A stretch of 64,000 nucleotides of DNA, taken from Eledone cirrhosa. Taxonomy: Eukaryota. The position numbers and the translations under genes are program-made. Below are positions 36,627-48,599 of this stretch, in pieces; the stretch's first letter is position 1; every line of letters starts with the position of its first letter. Below the pieces are notes generated by a model that was given only the letters and a program-made list of their open reading frames with translations, had not been told where the DNA came from and searched no databases. The DNA lies in NCBI GenBank assembly GCA_964016885.1, contig OZ024740.1, positions 134,292,001-134,356,000 on the forward strand, in the 5' to 3' direction.

Positions 36627-38213
36627 ATTGAACTAACACCACCAGCAGACCTAAAACTCAGGCCAATTATAGCAGGCCCTACATGTGAAACCCACAGACT
36701 TAGCAACTTTCTGGACATCCTACTGAAACCCTTTCTACAACATATACAGAGCTACATACGAGATGACCTTGACATGCTGAAACACCTCCCTAAAACAGTA
36801 AGTGCAAATACAATTCTTGTCTCCTTTGACGTAATAAACCTCTACACAAACATACCTCACAACTATGGAATAACAGCAGTCCAATACTGGCTTAACACAC
36901 ACCCATCAGAAATACCGACACGCATCAACACAGATTTTATCACTGACGGACTCCGCTTTATCCTACAAAATAACTACTTCACATTCAATGGTTCAACATA
37001 CAGACAAGTATCAGGTACGGCAATGGGCACGAAAGTAGCACCCACATATGCCAACCTAGTCATGGGATTCCATGAACAACAAATATACAGTCAGTCTCTT
37101 CTCTTATTTGGAGACTCTTTCCACACACACCTCAAAGCCAATTGGAAAAGATATCTAGACGACTGCTTTATCCTATGGCAAGAAGACATGAACTCACTTA
37201 CTACGTTTAAAAACATGATAAACAACATAGATAATAACATACAATTCACAATGGAATCCAATCCTAAGGAATTAGCCTTCTTGGATATTCTCATCTTTGT
37301 AATAGACGGGAAATTAGATACAGATATATTCTATAAACCCACAGATTCCAAACAATACCTCTTTTTCACATCAAGTCACCCAAAACATACAAAACTTAAC
37401 ATTCCTTACAATTTGGCCAAACGTATATGTACCATAGTATCAGATCCACCTAAACGGGAGCAAAGACTAAAGGAACTAAAAGACACCCTTATCTTAAGAG
37501 CCTTTCCACTTGAAATAATCAACAATGGAATAGACAGGGCAAAACACCTAAATCCCCATCAACTTAACAATCCAAAACAGAAAACCACACTAAACACCCT
37601 GCCATATGTATCCACTTTCAACCCCAGAAATACCGAAATGTTTGATCACCTACACAAAAACCTCCCCATCCTACTTAAAGATGTAAAAATGAAGTCTATT
37701 CTTGAAACACACAAGATCCTTAAAAGTAAAAGACAACCCAAATCACTTAAACGCATTCTCACTGGACCAAATATACCCAAACCAATCCTCAACCCTACAG
37801 TTACCAAATGTGGTAGAACAAACTGTGGAACGTGCCTCTACCTCACTGAAGGACAAACATTTACATTCAAAGATGGCCAAACATTTACAGTAAAAAACAA
37901 TTTCACCTGCAACTCGGAGAACTTGATTTACGCAATAACTTGCGGTGGGTGCAAACACAACTACATAGGACAGACGGGCACCTTATTACGCAAAAGAATG
38001 ACCATCCACCGCCAACAAATCCGGGACGCTAACACAAGAAAAATCCCCTTGAGCAGCCATATTGCGAACTGCGCAGGAATGACACTACCCAACTTTAAAA
38101 TCTTCCCCTTCTACAAGTGCTCAGATTCGTTCACACAGCAACAAAGAATAAACAAAGAAAATCTATTCCTTAACAAATTTAAACCAAAACTAAACGGGTT
38201 ATCACCCCAATAG
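36627..38213 (+). CDS. Penelope-like element (Neptune-type) reverse transcriptase + C-terminal GIY-YIG endonuclease, 5'-truncated, open for 528 codons
   Basis: RT motifs LRPIIAG, FDVINLYTNIPH, GTAMGTKVAPTYANLVM, WKRYLDDCFIL, LAFLDILI, SSHPKHTK. Cys-rich linker CGRTNCGTC. GIY-YIG region NLIYAITCGGCKHNYIGQTG..RKRMTIHR..E..KPKLN. The first 46 codons of the listed 574-aa ORF (36489-36626) are not part of it. Confidence 0.95.
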   Translation: MELTPPADLKLRPIIAGPTCETHRLSNFLDILLKPFLQHIQSYIRDDLDMLKHLPKTVSANTILVSFDVINLYTNIPHNYGITAVQYWLNTHPSEIPTRINTDFITDGLRFILQNNYFTFNGSTYRQVSGTAMGTKVAPTYANLVMGFHEQQIYSQSLLLFGDSFHTHLKANWKRYLDDCFILWQEDMNSLTTFKNMINNIDNNIQFTMESNPKELAFLDILIFVIDGKLDTDIFYKPTDSKQYLFFTSSHPKHTKLNIPYNLAKRICTIVSDPPKREQRLKELKDTLILRAFPLEIINNGIDRAKHLNPHQLNNPKQKTTLNTLPYVSTFNPRNTEMFDHLHKNLPILLKDVKMKSILETHKILKSKRQPKSLKRILTGPNIPKPILNPTVTKCGRTNCGTCLYLTEGQTFTFKDGQTFTVKNNFTCNSENLIYAITCGGCKHNYIGQTGTLLRKRMTIHRQQIRDANTRKIPLSSHIANCAGMTLPNFKIFPFYKCSDSFTQQQRINKENLFLNKFKPKLNGLSPQ

Positions 38214-38795
38214 AATTGTCATAAAATATAAACACACATACGCACGGAATCACTACTATTAAAGACCAGAGACCAATTCTGTAGAATCAGGTTTATTCGT
38301 TGACAGATCATGCCTTTGTGTGACCAACACATCCATGTTAAACCCTGCACGTGCACACACATATATCTATATATATATGCGCACACAGAATTCACCACTG
38401 TCGGTTGCGGGGCCCAATCTACATGAAGAACTCAATGTGATCAGAATGACTTGTATTTTAATTTCACTGTCCCAACTTCTTATATTATGGAAAAAATATA
38501 TGTGTCTGTATGTATATATATATATATATTTGGAGGCCATTTCTCTGTGTGTGGGTGTATGTATGTGTATATGTGTGTGTGTGTGTGTGTATATATATGT
38601 GTGTGTATGTGTATATATGTGTGTGTGTGTATGTTTATATGTGTGTATGTATATATATATGTGTGTGTGTGTGTATGTATGTGTGGGTGTGTGTGTGTGT
38701 GTATATATATATGTATATATATATATATGTGTGTATATATATATGTGTGTGTGTGTATGTATGTGTGTATCTGGATGTATGTGTATGTATATATA

Positions 38796-38840
<45 letters not shown>

Positions 38841-39301
38841 ATGTGTATATATGTGTGTGTATGTGTGTATGTATATGTATGTGTGTGTGTATGTATGTGT
38901 GTATATGTATATATATATATATATATATGTATATGTATATGTATATGTATGTATGTGTGGGTGAAGGTATGTGTGTATATATAGGTGTAAGTGCACTAAA
39001 TCCCTTTCTATCACGCTCCACTCTCCTACCCATCACAGGAAGATATGTGTATGTATATTGCTTCCACCCCCTCACTGACCAGCAGCTGGCCAGTTGACGA
39101 TTGCTATGCTAAATCTGACCTTTATAAAATAACCCACACCCCAAATAACTTCTCATTCACTACCAGAATGGGACACAGCAGTCAACCTGTTGTTGCTACC
39201 TAGATGAAAACTGCTATGAAATCCCACAATGAATTTTATACTTGAATTTTCAAATCTCAAGTTTTAACTCTTCGTATTATTAATTTTTCTTAATATTAAT
39301 C

Positions 39302-39349
39302 AACATTTGAAAAGATGGCTTTTGCAGACCCATCGAAACCGGTCATTTT
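39302..39349 (+). ncRNA. Minimal type I hammerhead ribozyme (U3-A8 variant) in the Neptune-type PLE 3' region
   Basis: aacat-TTGAAAA-GATGG(cttttgcagac)CCATC-GAAACCGGTC-atttt. Perfect 5-bp stem II, palindromic stem III ACCGGT, GUC site at 39342-39344, weak stem I. Confidence 0.75.
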
Positions 39350-39485
39350 TTATACCCTTTATTATTTCCTTACCTTATAAAATTATGTTTTTTCACAAAA
39401 AAGTATTCTGTCTCTTATATATTCCATGTGCCATTACCAACCTCAATTTTCTCTATAACCTTCGTTTTGTGTAGAAAATTACACT

Positions 39486-39542
<57 letters not shown>

Positions 39543-41634
39543 AGAGCGAGAGGAGCGGCGGGTCGAGTGTGCGTTGCTTTAAAACGACTGTTGGGAATTG
39601 CAATTTTGACATAGTTAGATCTCACTAAATTGCGTTACTGTCATAACAGCGAGTTGTTCTCTTCTAATGATTATATGTGTTGAAATCGGGAATAATTTTC
39701 TGGTTGCGTAATCTTTTAAAATAAATTTACGACAAACATTATACGATACATGATATATGAACTAAGCCTACGCGAGGATATATTTTTAGACTGGTTCTAA
39801 AATATTTCAGTGGTTCAACCATCCTCTAAGGTTTTTAATCCAAAACTTATTTTAGGCCAAGACTGAATATAAATTCTTATAGAGAAAAATCAATATGTTT
39901 AATGATAGTTTCCAGTACTGAAGTAAATTCGTCTCACACATCAGTGAATCATCTTAGTTTCAGATCAGAAATAGAATATTGGTATGCAATTGTTTACATG
40001 TTTGTATTTTTAAAAAGTAATTGGTGGTAGTAAAGAAAGAAAACACCCCTATTGTCAACAACCTCAAATCGAATCAGTAAAAATGTAAAGAAAATAATTT
40101 TTAAGACATTAGCGTTTTCAGGTAGAAAATGAAAATATCGGTTTCTTTTCACCAAGCAGAAATATGCTGAAATTTATGAGAAGAATAATCGGAAGTTTTT
40201 ATATTTATTATTTTCTCGAAGTTATAAGCAGATTACGAAGCGAAATGGCCTTGAGTGAGAGATTGAAATTACACCATGTGAGCTTTATTCTTGCTCCACA
40301 GTTCCTGCCAGAAAATCAAGTATCGATTTCTTAAGTACAGAGTCACGACTGACATTGTGTAACATTCATTTTTGCTTAAAGTCTTTTTGAAGGAATTTTC
40401 CTTTGATCGGGGGTCGAAATCAAATCCTAGACTCTCTTACAGCTTGCTTTTTGAAGTAGCTTGCATGTTTACCACTACAATATAATACAAATGAGACCTT
40501 TTAAAATACCCTCGATGTTATAAACAGCCTTGATGTTTTATAAAAGTTGTGAATTGATATTTATAAAGGAGTCGTTAGGGTGTCGTATAGAATATTTTTT
40601 GGTTTCTGTATCCTCAGTTGAAATCCTGCCGGTAAAATAAAGTAGCAGTCAATGGCTGTGGTTTAGTGGAATTGTTAGAACATCAAACGAAAGTAGTATC
40701 TATTCCGTTACTTTACGTTTGGTGATCGAATTCCTCCAACGAATTCAAATCTCACTGATGGCCAGAACTAGTCCTCAACCACGGAACCACATTTATATTT
40801 ATAGCAATTCTGGGATACTTAGGGAAACAACACATCCTTAGGGATACAATACATCCTTTTTTTATCTGGAGGAAGATGATGATAATATTGTCCAAACGTC
40901 ATTTTCAATAAATCTGACTTCAAATTTATTATGGTCACCTGAGAAAAGGTATATCTCTGCCCGCATTCTTCCTTGCTACGTCCATTTTGTTTATCAACTA
41001 AAATATAACAGACAAGTCATATATTGAATGTTGTCAAACATCTGTTCCTTTTCTATTCTTCTTTGTTTCTTAAAAAAGGACTATATCGCTATTTTCTTCC
41101 TATCTATCGTTTTTTGTTTTATTCTTTCTTTCTCTTCTTGCTTTCTGGCCTGTTGCCCAAAAGTAGATCTGTTGCTATGACAACTGCTGTTATCGTTATA
41201 ATTAATATTGTTGCTATCACACTCTTATCTTTCTTTTTCACTCCCTCTCACTCCCCGTCACTCACTCCCTCTTTCTGTCATGACAGCTACTATTATTTTA
41301 TATTTAAAAACATTATTTGCTCTTAATGAAGTCATTTCCGTTTGTTCTATGAAGTGGTTTATGTTTGAAGTCATTTTTATTTGAAATGTAAGAGAAAAGA
41401 AAAAAATGCCTATTCCTTACTAACGTGTGTGGTTCTTGCTCTGTAAGAATTGGGTAGTATGTTCTTTCATAGTGTGAGATTATATTGAAAAGCACACATG
41501 AGTTGAGACATTCTAATAATAATAATTACTTTTTGTTTTGTTTTATTTTTGTTTATACTTGTTTATTTGTCTTTTTAGACACGACACAAGGTTAGTTTTA
41601 TATTGGAATTATTTAATTAACTGAGTAAACTCCA

Positions 41635-41724
<90 letters not shown>

Positions 41725-41726
<2 letters not shown>

Positions 41727-43758
41727 TTGTACTTGTACTTGTGGCAGCGTTCATATGGCGTCGGTTGAGCCGGCTTTATCGAAGGAATTCATCGTGCCCC
41801 TCACGAACGCAGATCAAGCACGGCGATCGGAGGCAATTTAATCAGTGAAGGCCGACCAATCACAACTCCAGCAAGGTGTACCGAACACACTTGGGCTCAT
41901 GTGGACTTTGATGTAACTTTTCACGTTGTACAACCACGTTTTTAGCTGTCCACTGCTTCGTTTGCGCCATCCTTGAAGTGATTGTGGATCAACTGCTTCA
42001 CAGACGAATTCACCCGGTTGACGCCGAAGTGCGTTGCCAAACCATCTTAGTCGACGTACGCGAAGGACGTTCCCGATCGGTTTGAAGTTGCAGCGCGAGC
42101 GAAACTCTGCATTCGATAGGAACACGATAGGAACACGATAGGAACACGAATGATGTGGCGACGAAAGAAATGATCAAATACTTCCAGTTAGTGCAGATCG
42201 CTTACTCTCCTGGGCCATGACTCATAAAAATAGAAGAGGATTGTATGAACAAGAGCTTGGTAGATTCGGATTTTCGTCCTCAACCTGATCTTTTGCGCAG
42301 ACCACAACTGAGATACAAGGAAAGGTATACGCCGTCAATGCGGACATTGATATCCTATTTTCCCTGTCCGAGGTTTTCCTCGTTGATAGTGATCGGCAGC
42401 TTTTAGGAGGGCGCAAAACTCACGGCCAATCTAGGAGGCGAACATTGGACATCGACAAAATTGTCTCCGAGGATGATGATGTCATCGGGATAATCCAGAC
42501 TCGGTTCAGTGAAGTTATGATCCACCGCGACGCCGGGAAAGCCAGCAACATCCTGATTTGTAATCCAGTCAACCGCATAGTTGAACAGCGTCGGGAACAG
42601 TACACAACCTTGCTGGACTCCAGACTTAATGTTGAAGAAGTCTGAATCTTAATCATATGTAGGAATCTTCGTTTGAGTGGAGCGATAATACGCCTCCAGA
42701 AGATTAAGCAGCTTTAGGGATATCCATCTCCTTTCATAACCTTTCAAAGTGCACTTCATTCAACGGAGTCAAAAGCTGCGGCAAAATCGCCGAAGCACAC
42801 AATTGTGCGCTGTTGGTAACACCAACGATGCTCAAGTGTTCTCATCAATGTGAAATTTGGTCTATGCATCCACGACCAGGGTGAAATCCGCACTGGTTTG
42901 GCCTTGTCCGGCGGTTGTACTCGTTGTGAAACCTTTTCAAAAAGACCTTCGCAGTGACGTCAATAAGACCTACACCTCGGTAGTTCTTGCAACATCGTCT
43001 ACCTCCGTTCTTGAAAAAAGGTAAGAGGACTGCATCACTCCAGTCATGGGGGAGAGATTCGGTATCCCAGACATGGGTGATGATTCGGTGGAACACAAGA
43101 ACAAACATCACAGCAGTGTTTAAAGATCTCTGAAGGTAAGCCCTCTTCTACAGTGGCCTTATTGTTCCTCAGCTTCAGGACTTCCTTTCGGACCTCCTCA
43201 GTAGTTGGGGCAGAATGAAGCAGCCATACGGCGTCAAAAGCTCATGGACGGTAGGAGGAGCTGATTGAAGACTTGCGTAGCTGAGTAGTTCAGCCAACGT
43301 TGCATGTGATCATTGATATCCGGGATGACATCACCAGTTTGACTCACGATGATCTCGCTTGAGGCTGCGGCAGACCTTGTACTGGAATGGAGAAGGCTGT
43401 GAAGCTTTCGTGAGTCACCAACCGATGCGACGAGTTACATGTCTTCTGTGACGCTGCGCCTGTAGGCGGTACGATCAGCACTAGCAGACGTAACCGTTTC
43501 TGGACGGAGACGTCGGGAATCACCATCACTACTGCAACGAACCTGTTTGGTTTTATCCGTTAGTGCGATAGTCTGGGCTGAGATCCAGTTTTTTCTGCAT
43601 CTTTTTGTAGTTCGAATCATTTTGGTTGTAGCTTCTTTAACGTTCTACTTGAAACATTCCCAAATGTCTTCAATGGAGAGATCTGTCGATTTGGAGAGTT
43701 TCACAACCACTGAACTGGCTGGACAGTTTGAGTCGGAAGCTATCCACAGTCTCGCTGG
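41725..43758 (-). mobile_element. RTE-clade LINE, 5'-truncated and decayed, with (ACAAGT)3 tail
   Basis: NYRGVGLIDVTAKVF, RTRPNQCGFHPGRGCIDQI, FGDFAAAFDSV, QGCVLFPTLFNYAVDWI, LDYPDDI, RRLRWFGNALRR. TA runs at both ends. Confidence 0.9.
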
Positions 43759-46416
43759 ATACATATATATAGTAGAATGGTATTCATTTAAAGAACAGAA
43801 AGGAATCACAACTAAAGTAAAGCACACAATGCATTAAGTACTTTATTATTTGTCATGCCAGGTGATTTATATAAGCCTACTTCTATTTCATTCGGTAATG
43901 AAACGGAACTACTCCTGTAAAAGTCACTGGCAATAACACGTACAATGGAGAGGAAAACTTATCTTATTTTCGAATTAAGTATTTGAGATATAAACTATAG
44001 ACTACAGAAGAAAATGTTAAACACTTGATGACTATTAGTGGTCTGCGTTGGCAAAAATCAGTCTAAATATTTGATAGTGTTTAGTCTCCTAAGAGGAGAA
44101 CAGAATTAATGTTTCTGACAGAGCTTTTCTTCGGAAACCGGGGAGGTTGTCTCTAACAGAAAAGAGAATAATGGATAATGGGTAGAAATACAAAGGAGAA
44201 CAAAGAGGAGAGGAAGAGAAAATGTAATAACGCTGGCAGAAGAAAGAAGGCAAAGAAAAAAATAGAGAGATGAGAACAGAAAAGAATTAAACGTGTGTGA
44301 ATAAGTGTAGAATGTCGGCAAATGGCCAGGGATAAAACTTAAAGATAAAATACAAATATAATTGGAGGAGAAAAGGTAGAGATAAAATGAAAAGATAAAA
44401 GAGAAGAAAGAAATGTATTTCCACTATGTTACTTTCTCTTAGAAACTGCCTCCACTCGTTATCCGAAGAAGTGATTTACCCAAAATATTACATATCCCCC
44501 TCCCTGCATGAACACATTAACATTATCTATTTTTAACTTTATATACCATAAAATCTCTCTCCCCTATTCTCTTTCCCTCTCCTGTATCGGTATCAAAAAT
44601 ATACTAAGATTTCCAAACATAGGAAAAATCAACCGTGTTTTTCAGATCTCGAAGGTGAGAGAAATAGATGCAAGTCAAGTACTGGGATGGATTAATGGCT
44701 ACCCACCTCCCTCAAAATCTGTGCTATTGTTTATACCCAAGTCAGAAAGTATTAATATTGCTGTCAGAATGAAATCAAAATTAGTAAAGAAGGGGAGAAA
44801 ATGTTAAAGGGGAAATAATGAAGGTGGTGGTATCAGAATAAGTAGAAGTATGAGGACACAATAGTGACATACGGATGAGTTCCGGGTGAATAGAATAGTG
44901 AATATCGTGGTAGTACAATGAGTAGAAATGTGGTAGAAAATGCCTTGCAGTGTTTAATTACGTCTCTTTACGTTGTAAAGCAAAAGGCATGGTTGGTTTT
45001 GCTCTTCATCCTTCCAATGTTGAGAAAATGAAATTCGGGTGAAATACTAGGCTAGATATAATTAACTCAACCGTTAACCCAAAATGTGTTGTCGTGTGCC
45101 ATCAAATCATTATTGATTATAATTATTGTTGTTTCGCACAAATAAATTGGATTTTTATTTTAAGTTCGAATCACAACTTCTTTCTTTAAAGTTGAAGGAC
45201 CTGAATAATGATTCTTGCTCTACCCAGTAAGGCAGACTTTTGGATCAATGCTATAATTATTACTCTTATGTCTTTCAGGAATTATTATCATTCGACTCTG
45301 TTTGTAATAGTCCCTAACGCACCGCTAATAATGCGGAGACAATCCACAATCTCCTTATCTTTCTAGCAAGATTCTGGTAGTTTTCAATCTTTTTCTGTTC
45401 CTTGTTGGTCCTATTCGTGTCAGCAGAAATGGCTATGTCAAAAATTATACACTCCTTTCGCATTTTGTCTATAATAACTATGTCGAGTATTCTAGCCTGT
45501 ATTTGGTGGTCTATCTGGATTATGAAATCCGAAAATACCTTCAATATGTCATTTTCTACAACACTATCTGTTTGGTGTTAATACCATTTGCCACTCACTT
45601 CAAACTGTCATTGATGCAAGATATCTCATTGATGCAAGATATGCAGAGCCTTAACTACATAATGATGGCGGTGCTGATACTGTTTCTGTACCAAACAACT
45701 ACAACCACTTTGAACGTGGGTTACGAACTTGTCTAGCTCGCTGGAAATTTGGTATTTTCACTAATTTTGTCTATTTTTGCTTCAATAAGATTAGTCCGTA
45801 AGGCTTGGTTTCTTTCTTCAACTTACCATTTTTCGACCATAACCAGGATTTCTCTGCTACCGATTATTTTATTTGTCTAAAATACTGTCCATAAAGGTCT
45901 TTTCTCCAAATATTTATTTCTCTTTCCCCTTTTTTTTCTCCTTTTCTATGCGTTTACACTTTCATCTTCCACTTCGTTAAACTGCAGATATAACTCTTTC
46001 TGAACTTTTCATCACATTCTTCCTGGTTATGTTCTGTCATATCAACAATTTTCTAAGGAAATTAACCCTCACCCTATTTTTCTTGGTAGATATAATTTAT
46101 CCATACCGTCTCTTTGGTGATATGCCCTGTACATTGTTATAATCTTTATTGACTTTCTATCAATATGTTTGACTTATTTAAGAATGCAATAGAGTAGCTC
46201 AATAGAGATACTGACCAGATGTTTATTGCTGTGATACTTTGTCCTCCACTCAGTTTAGAAGTTAATACGTTCTTTACTCTCCTGAAGAATTCTTTCGTAA
46301 CCTTTACATTCATCTTTTACACAATATTTTATTCGCCTCTGAACACCTCCCATCGCTTTGATCACTGTGTCATCGGGTAAGGTCATACCTTCAGATGTTG
46401 TTATTTTCCCTCTCTT

Positions 46417-46522
46417 AAGTGAGGAATGATGTAGGAATGCAATTTGGAATAAACAAATGTGCAATGGTAGTCCATTGCACATTTGTTTATTCCAAATTGC
46501 ATTCCTACATCATTCCTCACTT
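46417..46522. repeat. Perfect inverted duplication (51-bp arms, 4-nt loop) within an R4-like LINE
   Basis: 46417-46467 is the exact reverse complement of 46472-46522. Confidence 0.95.
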
Positions 46523-47620
46523 TTCTTACGCTTTAAACTAATGAGTCTAGTGCATTCTCACTTTTGGCAAACCATTTCATATTTTCCTAATCTCATAGTA
46601 AGACTTTACCTTTATGAAAACTAAAATCAGTGGTATCAAAGCCACAAAAAATAGCGATGGTGAGAGCATGTCCCTTGAAACATCCCTCTTTTGATATTAA
46701 CTCCTAGTGCCACATTCTCTAATGTCAACTGTTTTTTCGAATGCGTCATACTATTTCTTAGTAATCTTGAATGTTGTCAGCAACTCTAAATATTTAGATT
46801 CCTGGATCCAGGAGTGGGGGGACACTATCATAAGCTTTGTTATAGTCTATTCACCCCGTTGCTATTTTTGTTTTCGTTTTTCTCACTTTCCACAGAACTT
46901 GTTGATCAATATAAACAAATCATGTGTCCCTCTTTTTTGTTATGCATCCCTGTTGCTCTTCTGTCGTTTAAGATGTTCGTAAGCCTCATTTGCAACTGTA
47001 CATGTCAATAACATGTTTACCAATAATGGTAAACATGTTATAGGCCAGTAATTACTTGGGATATTTTCCTTGGGTTGGTCTTTTAGTATCAGGACGATTC
47101 TTTCTCTCGTTAACCATGTAGGGACTTCAACCACCATCTAAACACATGTTTAGCTGATCGAGGAATCTGTCATACAATGATTTGAAATTATTAAGCCAAA
47201 TCCCTGCATTAGGTCAGGTCGTGGTGATGTCCAATGTAGCATAATTTTAAGGAAATTTTTCATCTTTTCTGGTGTTATTGTAATGTTGCTCTGATTTGGG
47301 ATATCTTTTATTTCATCTCTGGGTTTCTGCCACCATTCATCTACGTATGTTATGCGAAATTTGCATACTGCAAACTTTATTCCAAATTTTCTTTTCTTCT
47401 TCTTTGTGGCCAATGACTTTTCTCAATTCAGTTATTGATAGTGGTCTCTCTCATGTAACCTCTTTTGTCGAAACTATTGTTATGTCTTTTAATATTTGTG
47501 GCTTTTGCTTTGGTTCTTTGCTTTAGTTCTTCAATAAATTTCTTGTATCAACCAGTATTTCTTCGGTAAAGCATGTCTAAATCTAGTTTTTATCTTCCCA
47601 TTATTCCTGAAAATCTTAAT

Positions 47621-48203
47621 CAGGGGTCCCAAATTCAAGGACTCAATAGGGGTTAGGCAGAGCGGGCCAAAAGTGAAATGAGTTGGGAGAGGGCATGATT
47701 TCTGAAATACTAATCTGAAATAAAGCTGATAGGCTGGTAATACATGTTTTCATCAAATTTAATACGCATATGACAGTAAGTGGGATACGGTAATTAATAC
47801 AAAATTTAGGAGTACAAATTTTCCATTTCAAATCTTCTTTAATTCTATTCTTACTTTTGGTAAATTGTCTTTTTTCCGCTTTCACTTTTAATAGATTCCG
47901 TTTTGTTTTTTTTTTTCTTTCGTATTATTGTATTTCATGTATGAATTGAAATAGATTGTAAAATAAATATTATCAAAACAGTGAAAAATAAAATCAAAAT
48001 TCAAAGTTTTATCACATTTAAGAAATAGCAGATATCTTTAATAAAAATTAAAAAAAAACATTTTTAACATAAATCAAGATGAAAATTACATACAAGAGTA
48101 TGGAAGGGACAAATAACCAAGTTTTAAGAAAATATTAGACACGAAAATTATCCTGGCACGGGCCACACAAAATAATGTGCAGGTCGCGCGTTTGAGACCC
48201 CTG
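47621..48203. mobile_element. Non-autonomous hAT (Charlie-like) DNA transposon / MITE
   Basis: TIRs CAGGGGTCCCAAA and TTTGAGACCCCTG (12/13 match). Perfect 8-bp TSD ATCTTAAT at 47613-47620 and 48204-48211. Confidence 0.9.
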
Positions 48204-48599
48204 ATCTTAATCCTAACAATTCCCTACTTTAAGTGGCCAAGCCGTCCTTACAAGCGTCTCTTCTACCATCATTCCTTTAGCCGTTTTTCCGTATGATTTC
48301 TTCAAAGCAAGTATTTCTTTGACAACTACTGCTGCTTTTACAAGGTTATTTGTCTATGTGATGTCAGCACTTATAACTTATTCATTATGTGGATTTCCGC
48401 GCAAATTTTCTCTCTCTTAATCTTTCTTACTGGTGGTAATTGCTCACGTTCTTTTGACTGAATAAGATCCTGACTCTTTCCTAAACTGTCTTTTTTTTTT
48501 AAGCATTGTTTTGTTCTGACTGCATAATAGTGTTGAGGCAACAAAACAACAACCAGCAGAAAAAGCAAAAGGTGAATATTTCAGAAAACACAAAGGTGA

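Larger units (their letters stand above)
36626..39490 (+). mobile_element. 5'-truncated Neptune-type Penelope-like retroelement with 3' region/pseudo-LTR, flanked by (TA)n
   Basis: Contains the RT-EN ORF. Short TA run at 36613-36625 and long (TA)n from 39491. Hammerhead motif at 39302-39349. A TG/TA microsatellite at ~38490-38990 lies inside, so continuity of the 3' part is inferred. Confidence 0.8.
45130..48480 (-). mobile_element. Second, older R4/Dong-clade element, interrupted by a MITE
   Basis: WTSPRPDLMQGF, PTWLTRERIVLILKD..PSNYWPITCLPL, DVGMQFGINKCA, ARILDIVIIDK..CIIFDIAISAD..KEQKKIENYQNL. Confidence 0.85.

Noticed and set aside
42114-42150. Short tandem repeats (gataggaacac x3; also 23690-23722 ttagcatgcc x3 and 45609-45642)
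   Set aside because: Ordinary local slippage duplications.
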